Of a stretch of DNA of 64,000 nucleotides, positions 1-8,315 are shown piece after piece. Source of the DNA: a virus (lineage: Duplodnaviria > Caudoviricetes); IMG/VR virus record IMGVR_UViG_3300035696_000029, positions 1 to 64,000 of that record; one strand, given 5' to 3'. Numbering within the stretch: the first letter of the stretch is position 1; every line of letters begins with the position of its first letter. Below the pieces are notes generated by a model. The model searched no databases. It saw nothing but the letters and a program-made list of their open reading frames with translations, and was not told the origin of the DNA. Made by a program: the position numbers and the translations under genes.

Positions 1-17
1 GAACAGAGGAATAAGAA

Positions 18-242
18 ATGGCTCACACCTATGTCATCAGTTCAGTTTCGTCTGTTGGGGATTACTTGACTGTAGTGGGCACTGTAGACGGCGTGTCTGT
101 CACGGTGAATACCTGGGTTTCGGCTGCGCCTTCATTGGCATCAGCTATTGCTTTTAGAAATTTTATTACCCCAATGATGCTTGCTGCCGTACCACAAACA
201 CCAACAACTTATGCAATTTTGCAGGGAACATTTAGTCAATAG
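18..242 (+). CDS. hypothetical protein (74 aa), possibly virion-associated
   Basis: ORF with AGGA RBS; beta-rich S/T/V composition like the downstream gene. Confidence 0.6.
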   Translation: MAHTYVISSVSSVGDYLTVVGTVDGVSVTVNTWVSAAPSLASAIAFRNFITPMMLAAVPQTPTTYAILQGTFSQ

Positions 243-257
243 TACAAGGAATAAGAA

Positions 258-1271
258 ATGGCTTACGATTCAAGAATTGCAGATCCTCAAACTGGAAGAT
301 ACCAACGTCTCACTCCTCGTGGTGCTGCGCTTTCGGCAGAACTTGTGCGTCTTACTGGTCCTGATTGGGGTCCCGGTACAACAATAGATTCGAACTTCTG
401 GACGATTTTCAATAATGGAGCTGGATCAGGAGTAGCTTTGTCGGGAGGAGTTGTAACCTTAACTAGTGGTACGGCGAATAATGGGGAAGGCAATTTCACC
501 TCTGTTCGTAAGGCTCGTTACGTTACCACTCTTACAAATTACTACCATGCTTGTGCAAATTTAAGTGCCACTGGCGGAGCAAATACTACTCGCATTTTCG
601 GTCCGTTTACTTATGCTGCAGCACCAGCAGTTCAGGATGGATTCTATTTTTCGTACAATGGTACAACTTCAACTTTAAGTGTGAATGCTGTAAATGCAGG
701 TGGAGCGGCGACAAGTGTGGCTTCAGGCAGTTTTAATGGTGAAGTAACTTCTTACACCTTAGATGCTAATATGCATGTTTTTGACATTATGTATAACATG
801 AGTGCCGTCTATTTCATAATTGATAACGTACTTATACATAAAATGGCTCCTACCACTGCTCCATTGTCGTCAACAATGACGTTGCAGTGCAGTGCGGCTT
901 GTTTCAATTCTGCTAGTGGAACTGTATCAGCAGGTTTAGTGATTTGGGAAAACACAATTATGCGTTGTGGTTCAACAACATGCCGTCCACAATCTGCTTA
1001 CATTTTTAGTGGTGGCAATGGAAACGTGCTTTTGAAGCGTGGAGCAGGAACATTACAGCGCCTTGTATTGAACAATCCGGGCACGAACACAAACACGCTT
1101 TCCATTTATGATGGATTAGATGCGACGGGTACTCTGAAAGCAGTTATTACAAACGTAAGCACAAGTGGAGCAGTTGGTGCTTTCACAGAGTTTAACATGG
1201 ATTTCTATACCGGGCTTTTCATGGTTGCGGCGACTGGCACGGCGAGTGTCTGGACCGTAATTTACGATTAA
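258..1271 (+). CDS. beta-rich virion structural/tail-associated protein (337 aa)
   Basis: Long ORF, AGGA RBS, G/S/T/A/N-rich lectin-like composition typical of phage decoration/tail proteins. Confidence 0.55.
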   Translation: MAYDSRIADPQTGRYQRLTPRGAALSAELVRLTGPDWGPGTTIDSNFWTIFNNGAGSGVALSGGVVTLTSGTANNGEGNFTSVRKARYVTTLTNYYHACANLSATGGANTTRIFGPFTYAAAPAVQDGFYFSYNGTTSTLSVNAVNAGGAATSVASGSFNGEVTSYTLDANMHVFDIMYNMSAVYFIIDNVLIHKMAPTTAPLSSTMTLQCSAACFNSASGTVSAGLVIWENTIMRCGSTTCRPQSAYIFSGGNGNVLLKRGAGTLQRLVLNNPGTNTNTLSIYDGLDATGTLKAVITNVSTSGAVGAFTEFNMDFYTGLFMVAATGTASVWTVIYD

Positions 1272-1311
1272 CAGATCCAACTAATCCTTTCATAATCATT
1301 AACTTCCTCAC

Positions 1312-1344
1312 TACCCGTTTTGTGTTCCTTCCACGTAGATTATA
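1312..1344 (+). promoter_or_regulatory. putative phage promoter TACCCGTTT-N13-CGTAGATTATA
   Basis: Same 9-mer, same 13-nt spacer and CGTAG recur at 56128-56159 and 56955-56986; followed by AGGAGG RBS. Confidence 0.7.
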
Positions 1345-1358
1345 ACAGGAGGAAGACA

Positions 1359-2117
1359 ATGATTCAGGACGGCAGGTACACATTGGTCTACAGCAATGGT
1401 GAGTACCGTACCGTATCCATTGAGACCGTCAAGGATGGCGATCTTAAAGGCAAGACCATTTTGAATCTGAAGCAAGGCAGCCGTTATAGCGGTTGCGCTT
1501 TCCTTGCTCAGGACAACCGCGTGATGTTCTGGCGGCGATTTTCAAGTTCCAACCCTTCGGAGCGGATGGTTGCTATACAGGCCGCTGTTAACCGCATTGC
1601 ACGAAATCCTCGCGAAGCTGGCATGGCGTATGCGATGAATGAAGGTCGCTGCTGCCGTTGCGGACGTGAACTTACCGTCCCGGCTTCTATCCACGCTGGC
1701 ATGGGACCGGATTGTGCCGAGAAGTATGCTTGGGCAAAAGAAGATCAAGTTGCCGTTCATGACGAACTGGCAGAGACCCGTAAGGCCGGAGCAGTTTTTG
1801 CTGACACCAGTAATCAACCCGAAGTTCCCATTCAGACTTCTCTCAAGCTTGATGCCCCATCGGTTCCCGACGCAGCGGTGGCTTCGATAAATGTTCTTCC
1901 CGAGCGAATTCAGAGAAAAGCGGCTGTTGCAATGTACACTAACGACCGGATGCAAGCCATGATTGAATACCAGCGGAAGAACAATCCAAATCTTTTCTAC
2001 GATCCATTTGACATCGGCGAGAAATTAAACGAAAAGGCCGCTGTCGCATTTTGGACCAAGCGTTTTCTGGCATCGCCGTTAACCGAAGAGACAATGCAGC
2101 AACCTGTAGTTGCATAA
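1359..2117 (+). CDS. DUF6011-like zinc-binding domain protein
   Basis: CCRCGRELTVPASIHAGMGPDC matches the CxxCGxxL...S...GxGPxC pattern recalled for DUF6011; start reassigned to ATG 1359 behind AGGAGG. Confidence 0.65.
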   Translation: MIQDGRYTLVYSNGEYRTVSIETVKDGDLKGKTILNLKQGSRYSGCAFLAQDNRVMFWRRFSSSNPSERMVAIQAAVNRIARNPREAGMAYAMNEGRCCRCGRELTVPASIHAGMGPDCAEKYAWAKEDQVAVHDELAETRKAGAVFADTSNQPEVPIQTSLKLDAPSVPDAAVASINVLPERIQRKAAVAMYTNDRMQAMIEYQRKNNPNLFYDPFDIGEKLNEKAAVAFWTKRFLASPLTEETMQQPVVA

Positions 2118-2126
2118 GGAGAAAGT

Positions 2127-2330
2127 ATGATTCTCAAGTTCAAGAATCCTGATGTTGCTCGAGCAGCACTAACCTACTTGACTGAGGAATACATTAACTC
2201 TAATGTCGATTTCGGCTTTAGAGATAATGACATCTTCGTCGAAGGCACTATTGGAGTTACCGGATTGACACTTCTTCAAATCCGAGCCATGGCTTTTGCT
2301 GATGGCTACATGGCCGCCAAAGGAGCATGA
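2127..2330 (+). CDS. hypothetical protein (67 aa)
   Basis: AAGGAG RBS; ATGA-coupled to next gene. Confidence 0.7.
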   Translation: MILKFKNPDVARAALTYLTEEYINSNVDFGFRDNDIFVEGTIGVTGLTLLQIRAMAFADGYMAAKGA

Positions 2331-2722
2331 GAATGTCACTAAGAATTGGTCAATTTCCAAAAGTCGGTCAGGTTTGGGAAGTTCTCTCGAGCGGCTACAA
2401 AGTGGAAATAAAGAAGGTTGGACGTCGGTGGGTGCATATTCATTACTTTGAGACTCCCCAAAATTGCCCCGGCGCTTATCTTCCTCCAAATGGATTGGAC
2501 GAGAAGAAAAAGATCGAGGAATTCGTAAAGAAATTCTGCTTGCTCAGAGAAACTCGTGAAGATGCAGTCGAAGTTTACAACCATTTTGACGAATTCTGCG
2601 AGTTTGTAAAACAACAGACTTGGATGTCAGAGGAATTTCAAGATAGATTTATCGGCAAACTGAGTAACGCAATGGCCGATGCTTTCAATCGTGGCAAGGT
2701 CGAAGGCAGAAAGAAACTATAA
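2327..2722 (+). CDS. hypothetical protein (131 aa)
   Basis: Coupled overlap in a + strand operon. Confidence 0.65.
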   Translation: MRMSLRIGQFPKVGQVWEVLSSGYKVEIKKVGRRWVHIHYFETPQNCPGAYLPPNGLDEKKKIEEFVKKFCLLRETREDAVEVYNHFDEFCEFVKQQTWMSEEFQDRFIGKLSNAMADAFNRGKVEGRKKL

Positions 2723-3072
2723 TGGAAATCAAATCGATTGAAATCAAGATTCATAAATATGCACCAATCTGGTGGGGTCTAGCTGTTGTCTTCGTTTTCT
2801 TTGGTCATGTGTTCACAGCCACTTTCCTCGCAGCTTTGAGTGCTGTGCGAGTTTCTCGTAATCAGGCTGTGCTGCGAGAGTTGGAAAAGGAACGGGAAGA
2901 TGCAATTTGCTCTCTGCTCTGTGCAAGTAAAAGAGTAATTCAGGAACTTGACCGACCAATTCCTGCACGAGACCTTAATGTGATTCGAGCCTATTGCGAC
3001 ACTTACAATCTGCATTATGAATTATTGAGTAATGTTAACGAAAAAATTCAACTCGTAAAGAGGATGCGATGA
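2722..3072 (+). CDS. hypothetical membrane protein (116 aa)
   Basis: Hydrophobic stretch IWWGLAVVFVFFGHVFTATFLAALSAV; TAATG coupling. Confidence 0.6.
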   Translation: MEIKSIEIKIHKYAPIWWGLAVVFVFFGHVFTATFLAALSAVRVSRNQAVLRELEKEREDAICSLLCASKRVIQELDRPIPARDLNVIRAYCDTYNLHYELLSNVNEKIQLVKRMR

Positions 3073-3311
3073 GATACCTAGTCACGAAAATCGGTGTTCA
3101 AGTTTCGACAGTTTACGCTCAACGTCAAACTAACGGAGACATTTTCTGGGTTGCCAGCCGTAACAAAGCCACAGAGTTCAACTTGACCGAGGCTCGCAAG
3201 ATTGCTCGAGAGGAAGATGGTGTTGTGCAATCTCTTTCGAAACCTTATGATGTCAAACTCAAGGAAAGTGACCGAGTTGCTTTGTTGAAGTACGTCTTTG
3301 ATAAGAAGTAA
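3069..3311 (+). CDS. hypothetical protein (80 aa)
   Basis: ATGA coupling. Confidence 0.6.
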   Translation: MRYLVTKIGVQVSTVYAQRQTNGDIFWVASRNKATEFNLTEARKIAREEDGVVQSLSKPYDVKLKESDRVALLKYVFDKK

Positions 3312-3313
3312 CT

Positions 3314-3508
3314 ATGAACGGGCAATTGCGAGTATTGGAATTGTTCGACGCTCAGGCGACTCTTCATGAGATTGAAACGGTGCTTTGGTTAGAACTGAAC
3401 AAAATGTTTGTGCTGGCAGAAAAGACACGAGAACGGTTGATTAGCAGAGGAGACAGAAATGTCAAGACGAATCCCCGGTGTTCTAACAGTCCGTTACGCG
3501 CAAGTTAG
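3314..3508 (+). CDS. hypothetical protein (64 aa)
   Basis: Fills operon gap; overlaps next ORF by 50 nt. Confidence 0.4.
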   Translation: MNGQLRVLELFDAQATLHEIETVLWLELNKMFVLAEKTRERLISRGDRNVKTNPRCSNSPLRAS

Positions 3509-3881
3509 AAAACAACCTGTTACTACCAACACTGACATTGAAGAAGCGTTGGGACTCACTCCTTTGATTGTGGATTGTTGCGAGAAGGGTTTCCGGGTTC
3601 GGAAAGATTCGAAAGCGGCTCTCAAAGCATTGATGATTACGATCGATTGGGCACGTGTTAAGGAAGTGGACAAAAAGTTCGTAGTCAAGGATGGAGCAGA
3701 TGAGATGATTATCTCTGAGACTCCTCTGCTTTGGATTTCACAAGAGCGGTTTGACAGATTAATGCGAAATTGTTTCAAAGTCGTACTACCCGAAATCTTT
3801 AAGAAGGAGATGCGACTGGCACGACGGTCCGCTCGTCGTCGCATGTCTCGCTTTCAATCTCTTCGGAATGGAGTTGCTTAA
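3459..3881 (+). CDS. hypothetical protein (140 aa)
   Basis: GGAG RBS, TAATG coupling. Confidence 0.65.
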   Translation: MSRRIPGVLTVRYAQVRKQPVTTNTDIEEALGLTPLIVDCCEKGFRVRKDSKAALKALMITIDWARVKEVDKKFVVKDGADEMIISETPLLWISQERFDRLMRNCFKVVLPEIFKKEMRLARRSARRRMSRFQSLRNGVA

Positions 3882-4150
3882 TGTTTAAGTGGCTGAGCCG
3901 TCTATTCCCTCCACGTCTACCTGTTCTTCACCCGGTGGAACTGAAGAAATCCATGGGTTACTATAATCGGTTAGAACGTAGCAAAGGCGAGCAGCCTAGC
4001 CATGATAAAGGAAGAGCCGAGGGTGTTCGCATTGAACGCAAACTTGAAGGCGAGTATATCCCAGCAGAACCCACAGAATTGCATTATCCTGAAAAGCAAC
4101 AGGTTCGGAAATCCATCTTTCGGCAATTTACTTTAATCCTACAAAAGTAA
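3881..4150 (+). CDS. hypothetical protein (89 aa)
   Basis: Coupled ORF in operon. Confidence 0.55.
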   Translation: MFKWLSRLFPPRLPVLHPVELKKSMGYYNRLERSKGEQPSHDKGRAEGVRIERKLEGEYIPAEPTELHYPEKQQVRKSIFRQFTLILQK

Positions 4151-4162
4151 AGGAGTATAGCA

Positions 4163-4408
4163 ATGGCACAATGGTCACCAGCACGTGAAAAAGAACGGGA
4201 ACAGAAAAAGATTCAAGAGCGTGTTGACCTTATCGATCACATACGAAAGGGCGGTTGGACTGTACAAGTTTTCAATGAATCCAACACAGAAGTTGAGGCA
4301 GCTTCAACCGATGCTCCCTTGCACTATGTAATCAAGATGCCCGGTGCTTTCCCAGCCATTATCCGAGATATCGGAGCACTGCGACGGATCGCAAGCGGTA
4401 TAAAGTAA
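4163..4408 (+). CDS. hypothetical protein (81 aa)
   Basis: AAGGAG RBS. Confidence 0.65.
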   Translation: MAQWSPAREKEREQKKIQERVDLIDHIRKGGWTVQVFNESNTEVEAASTDAPLHYVIKMPGAFPAIIRDIGALRRIASGIK

Positions 4409-4430
4409 ACCAGCTTTCTGTCCCTTAAGC

Positions 4431-4727
4431 ATGGTGATTTTGACAAATCCTTTTCTCACGTGGGGACATCTTATTTGGGCTGCATTGGTAGCTCTCCTAC
4501 TTTGGCCACTCAATAAACTTTGGGATTGGTTCGGTTATTGGGTTTGGCACAGTTTTGATCTCAATATGGAAGCATCAAGACGATTAGGTCGTCGATTAAC
4601 TAAGGAAGAAAGATTAGAGATCAAAGCGAAAATCATGGCAGAAATTCAAGAAAAAGCAAAGGCTATGGAAAAAGAAGAGTACAAAGCAATCGAAGAATTT
4701 AAACCCTCAGACCCGCCAAAACCTTAA
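4431..4727 (+). CDS. hypothetical membrane protein (98 aa)
   Basis: N-terminal hydrophobic segment, charged helical tail. Confidence 0.55.
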   Translation: MVILTNPFLTWGHLIWAALVALLLWPLNKLWDWFGYWVWHSFDLNMEASRRLGRRLTKEERLEIKAKIMAEIQEKAKAMEKEEYKAIEEFKPSDPPKP

Positions 4728-5365
4728 CCTCTAGAATGATCAGTTTCGTCCGCAGCGCCTAGAATTACATCTAATGGAGTAATTGGTTCATCTCCCACTT
4801 CTGCTGCTTCAGCAATAACTTCTTGGATTTGACCTTTCGTTGTTCCTGAAGGAAGAATTCTCGCACCTGTTTTTGGTTCAGGCGCACGAGCGAGTTCAGC
4901 ATCAATAGACGCTGCGCTTCCTGCTGCGCGTGACACTGCTACAGCAGATGAAACCGCAGGAAGACCGCCATCACCTGCACGACGAACCATAGTGCGAGCC
5001 GCCGCACCAGGTTTCTTAACAATTGGAGTACGAGTCATAGCCCCAGCTGGACCTGTAACAATTCCCGAATCAGCTTCTGAATTAGCAGCAACCGATTGAA
5101 CAGAGCGCAAATTAGCAGCGGGAACTTCGGGAGCCGGGATGCTATTGTGAGTTACATCCTGCACTTCCTTATCTAGAAGTTCGCTGAGGATTAATTCTAT
5201 TGTCTCGGAGGATTCTTTCTTTCCCTTATGCTTAGGGCAAGGAATAAAAGATGTATCACTCAGAGGCTTCTGGCATTGAGGATCCTCATAGTCACGTCGT
5301 ACTTTACAGCCACAGCGTTCCAGGAGAACTTGGACGCCGTGTGTTCGGGTAATTTTCATAGCCAT
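4724..5365 (-). CDS. hypothetical protein with N-terminal Cys/His cluster and A/P-rich low-complexity region
   Basis: CGC...C...CPKH cluster; AGGAAG RBS. Confidence 0.6.
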   Translation of the reverse strand: MAMKITRTHGVQVLLERCGCKVRRDYEDPQCQKPLSDTSFIPCPKHKGKKESSETIELILSELLDKEVQDVTHNSIPAPEVPAANLRSVQSVAANSEADSGIVTGPAGAMTRTPIVKKPGAAARTMVRRAGDGGLPAVSSAVAVSRAAGSAASIDAELARAPEPKTGARILPSGTTKGQIQEVIAEAAEVGDEPITPLDVILGAADETDHSRG

Positions 5366-5377
5366 AGATTTATCTTC

Positions 5378-5677
5378 CTAAGCGGTAGCCTTGGGTTTTG
5401 GTCCCCTCTTCCTTGGTGCCGGAGGAACAGGTTGTGCTGGCGGTGCCGAAGCATCGGGAGCAGGTGGTGGAACAGGCCGTGCTGCATTTCGCAGACTAAC
5501 AGCGAATGAAAGTAACGAAATGGATCGTTCAGCGTCTAAGGGATAAGACAGAACGGTTACTCCTTCGCTTATCTCTCGAAGTTGAAGCTTTATGGGATCA
5601 ATTTCCAATGCTCGAACATTGGGTTCAAGAATGTTTCCCTTTTCATCTACACTGTCCAAAAAGAAAATTACTTTCAT
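5378..5677 (-). CDS. small protein with Pro-rich linker and basic AT-hook-like tail
   Basis: PRKRGPKPK C-terminus; AAGGAG RBS. Confidence 0.6.
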   Translation of the reverse strand: MKVIFFLDSVDEKGNILEPNVRALEIDPIKLQLREISEGVTVLSYPLDAERSISLLSFAVSLRNAARPVPPPAPDASAPPAQPVPPAPRKRGPKPKATA

Positions 5678-5716
5678 GTGTCTATGCTCCTTAAAAGTTG
5701 CTTTCGCTTTTAATAC

Positions 5717-6628
5717 TTAAATCTTGTGACCTATGTAAATTCCACCAACAAATAATAGGACCTTTTCAGCACCATTTAGCATTTTGCGCCACTTGCCTGC
5801 ACCTGCTGCTTTTTTATAATCAGCAATGGTCTTGTTCTTTTCATCAATAGTCGCATTCTTCTGTTTCACTGTATCTTCACACTGGGATTCTGTACGAGTA
5901 AGAGCACCCAAAGCAGCTTGAGCATTTCCCAGATCATTTGTGAGAGTAACATTAGTGTGCTTGGCAGCATCTAGCTCAGAATTAGTGGCTGCTAAATCAG
6001 CCTTTGATGTGTTCGCTTCAATTTTGGCTGCTGTAAATTGTTGAACATCAGGCGTAAGAAAACTTATTCTATCATTTCCGGCTTTATCTTTTTCTGGTGT
6101 AAAAGGAGTGGTTAATTTGAATTGTCCTGCCAGATCATTGTAGGCATCTTGAGCCGATTTTCCCGGTGCCAAGACATTTGTTTCCTGCTGATGAGCCGCT
6201 GCATCACGATTCTGAATCTGTTGTTGAAGACTTGCAATTGTCTGTGCATCACGAACACGATCAGCTTTATCGGCTTCTAACTGTTGAGTGTACTGTTCAG
6301 TTTTTGCATCACTCTCAGTTTTATATTGCACCATCAATTGTTGCGCAGCAGCAGCTTGTTGCTGTAATATGTTGCTTTGTTTTTCGGCTGCTTCGGCACG
6401 TGCTATTTCTTTATCATAGATCTTGCTAGCGATGTAAGCACCACCACAACCCAGGAGCAGCACAAAAACAATCACTCCTATCAATACATAGCTAACTGTT
6501 ACATGTTTGTGTGCTAAAGCAGCTAAAGATGCTTGAAGTTCCTTATCAATTAGAGCATGATTAGAGTCAGGAGCCATTGCCACTTGTAATGTTGACGATG
6601 TTCCCGGTGTTCCTGTTTCTTGCGCCAT
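5717..6628 (-). CDS. membrane-anchored coiled-coil protein (spanin-like candidate)
   Basis: TM segment near residues 44-68, long Q/A/E heptad region, hydrophobic C-terminus. Confidence 0.5.
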   Translation of the reverse strand: MAQETGTPGTSSTLQVAMAPDSNHALIDKELQASLAALAHKHVTVSYVLIGVIVFVLLLGCGGAYIASKIYDKEIARAEAAEKQSNILQQQAAAAQQLMVQYKTESDAKTEQYTQQLEADKADRVRDAQTIASLQQQIQNRDAAAHQQETNVLAPGKSAQDAYNDLAGQFKLTTPFTPEKDKAGNDRISFLTPDVQQFTAAKIEANTSKADLAATNSELDAAKHTNVTLTNDLGNAQAALGALTRTESQCEDTVKQKNATIDEKNKTIADYKKAAGAGKWRKMLNGAEKVLLFVGGIYIGHKI

Positions 6629-6630
6629 TT

Positions 6631-7743
6631 TTACTTCCTTTTAGCCGCAAGAGTAGTCTTCTTCTCTTTTGCAGCCTTTTGTTTTAGACGTGCTTCACGA
6701 GATCTGCCGTCCTTACACACCTCTACACTTACTACTGGTATTCCTAAATTCGCATCAATTTTGAAGATATCGTTAGCACTGAACTTGTATCGTCGTCCGT
6801 ATTTGTGTATGACTTCACGATAATTTGTAATGCTGGGATCGATCTTTTTGAAATACAGCTTTGACAAATTGTCTTTGATAATACAATAAACTATGAATAG
6901 ATTCTTAGGTGCCTTGATGTCTTTAGCCTTAAGAGCAGCTACAACTTTCTTAGCAATCTCCATTGGCTCATGCATGTTGTCGATTAGTATCAATTTCTTG
7001 ACCAAAGCGGTTACTGTACGCTGCCGTGTATGACGTTTTGGACCGGGTACTTCGGGCACATCTAAGACATCGGGCAAAGTGGGACTAGCTTCTTCATTTG
7101 TTAGATCTTCAGCAATCAGCGTAAGACCTTCTCCCTCTTCTATTGCTAGCTGTTCTACCAGTGGTCCATAGTAATAGACTCGTTGATTTTCGGGCACATG
7201 CGAGAGATTCAACAAATTATTGACGGGAGTCTCTATTAAACAGGATTTGGTCTTAAGCACAACACGAACAATTACTCGACCATTGCCCATTATCTCTACC
7301 GTACCGCAGAAATCCCTAGTCTCCCCATTCAGAATACGAACAAAACTTCCCACTTTGATGCCATCGGCGCGAGCATAGTGTTCTCTTTCCGCTTCAGTAA
7401 TAAGACCTTGAACATAATCATCGGCAACCTTGATGGCTTTGTTGGGACGATTGGTTTCGCCTTCTGTCACTAATTGAACAACTCCTGTAACAGATTTTAA
7501 ACGTAGGAGAGCGGAAAAATTTGTAGAACGAACAAAGATTAGATTCACAGTCTTCATTTCGAAGACGTCTAAATCTCGTTTGAACACAGGAATGAAAATC
7601 TCTATGGGATCTTCTCGGAAGATACCTTTGATAGCATTACCGACGCGACGCATGGTAGATTCGATGGTCTTCTCGCTGCGAAGTTCCAGCAAGTACCACT
7701 CTTTACCTGCTAATTTTTCTATTGGACCCCACTGTAGGATCAT
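6631..7743 (-). CDS. nusG: NusG-family transcription antitermination factor with C-terminal extension
   Basis: NGN features (WYLL..., IFIP, LIFVRS, VTGVVQLV) plus KOW (VGSFVRILNGETRDFCGTVE); about 190 extra C-terminal residues. Confidence 0.8.
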   Translation of the reverse strand: MILQWGPIEKLAGKEWYLLELRSEKTIESTMRRVGNAIKGIFREDPIEIFIPVFKRDLDVFEMKTVNLIFVRSTNFSALLRLKSVTGVVQLVTEGETNRPNKAIKVADDYVQGLITEAEREHYARADGIKVGSFVRILNGETRDFCGTVEIMGNGRVIVRVVLKTKSCLIETPVNNLLNLSHVPENQRVYYYGPLVEQLAIEEGEGLTLIAEDLTNEEASPTLPDVLDVPEVPGPKRHTRQRTVTALVKKLILIDNMHEPMEIAKKVVAALKAKDIKAPKNLFIVYCIIKDNLSKLYFKKIDPSITNYREVIHKYGRRYKFSANDIFKIDANLGIPVVSVEVCKDGRSREARLKQKAAKEKKTTLAAKRK

Positions 7744-7781
7744 TCGCGACTTTCCCTCTCAATTTAATACCGATTTAGGAG

Positions 7782-8057
7782 CTATATATTTGATTCTCTG
7801 ACACTGAATCTAAATTCTTCGGACCAGACTAGACGACGTTTCCACTCTGGCCACGCAGCTACATCTTGAGTAGCTTCGTGACAAGTTGCGAGCAATGAAC
7901 TGGAACCTAAATAAGGCTTACTTGCATCTTCTTGCAATCTTGCATTCCATACAGCAAAAGGAACAAACACTTTGCATTTGTGTTTTTCATACTCGTAGTA
8001 TACAGCACCACATTTGTTGCAACCGATTTGTATAGACGGACCGTAAACTTGGCACAT
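7782..8057 (-). CDS. hypothetical protein with CxxC
   Basis: CNKCG...HKC; GGA RBS. Confidence 0.5.
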   Translation of the reverse strand: MCQVYGPSIQIGCNKCGAVYYEYEKHKCKVFVPFAVWNARLQEDASKPYLGSSSLLATCHEATQDVAAWPEWKRRLVWSEEFRFSVRESNI

Positions 8058-8073
8058 TTAATTTCCTTTGTGA

Positions 8074-8304
8074 CTATTTTTGTTCTTTACCGGGAATAGT
8101 TCCCAATCTTCCAAAGGGTCCTGTAATATCGGCTGCCAATTTTCTCAGTGCTTGGTCAAGTTCATCACAATAGATGCACTTTTCAAAACGTTTTCTGAAA
8201 TTGGCAAGTAGATCTTCGGCAGAAACAGGAGACCATCTACTGTATCTCCAGTAAACAGCTGTTGCTTCAATAGCGATTTGAGGATACTGTTCTTCGTCAC
8301 TCAT
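8074..8304 (-). CDS. hypothetical protein (76 aa)
   Basis: AGGAG RBS. Confidence 0.6.
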   Translation of the reverse strand: MSDEEQYPQIAIEATAVYWRYSRWSPVSAEDLLANFRKRFEKCIYCDELDQALRKLAADITGPFGRLGTIPGKEQK

Positions 8305-8315
8305 TTTATTATCTC

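Noticed and set aside
7994-8003. CGTAGTATA on the + strand
   Set aside because: No upstream 9-mer; antisense within a gene.
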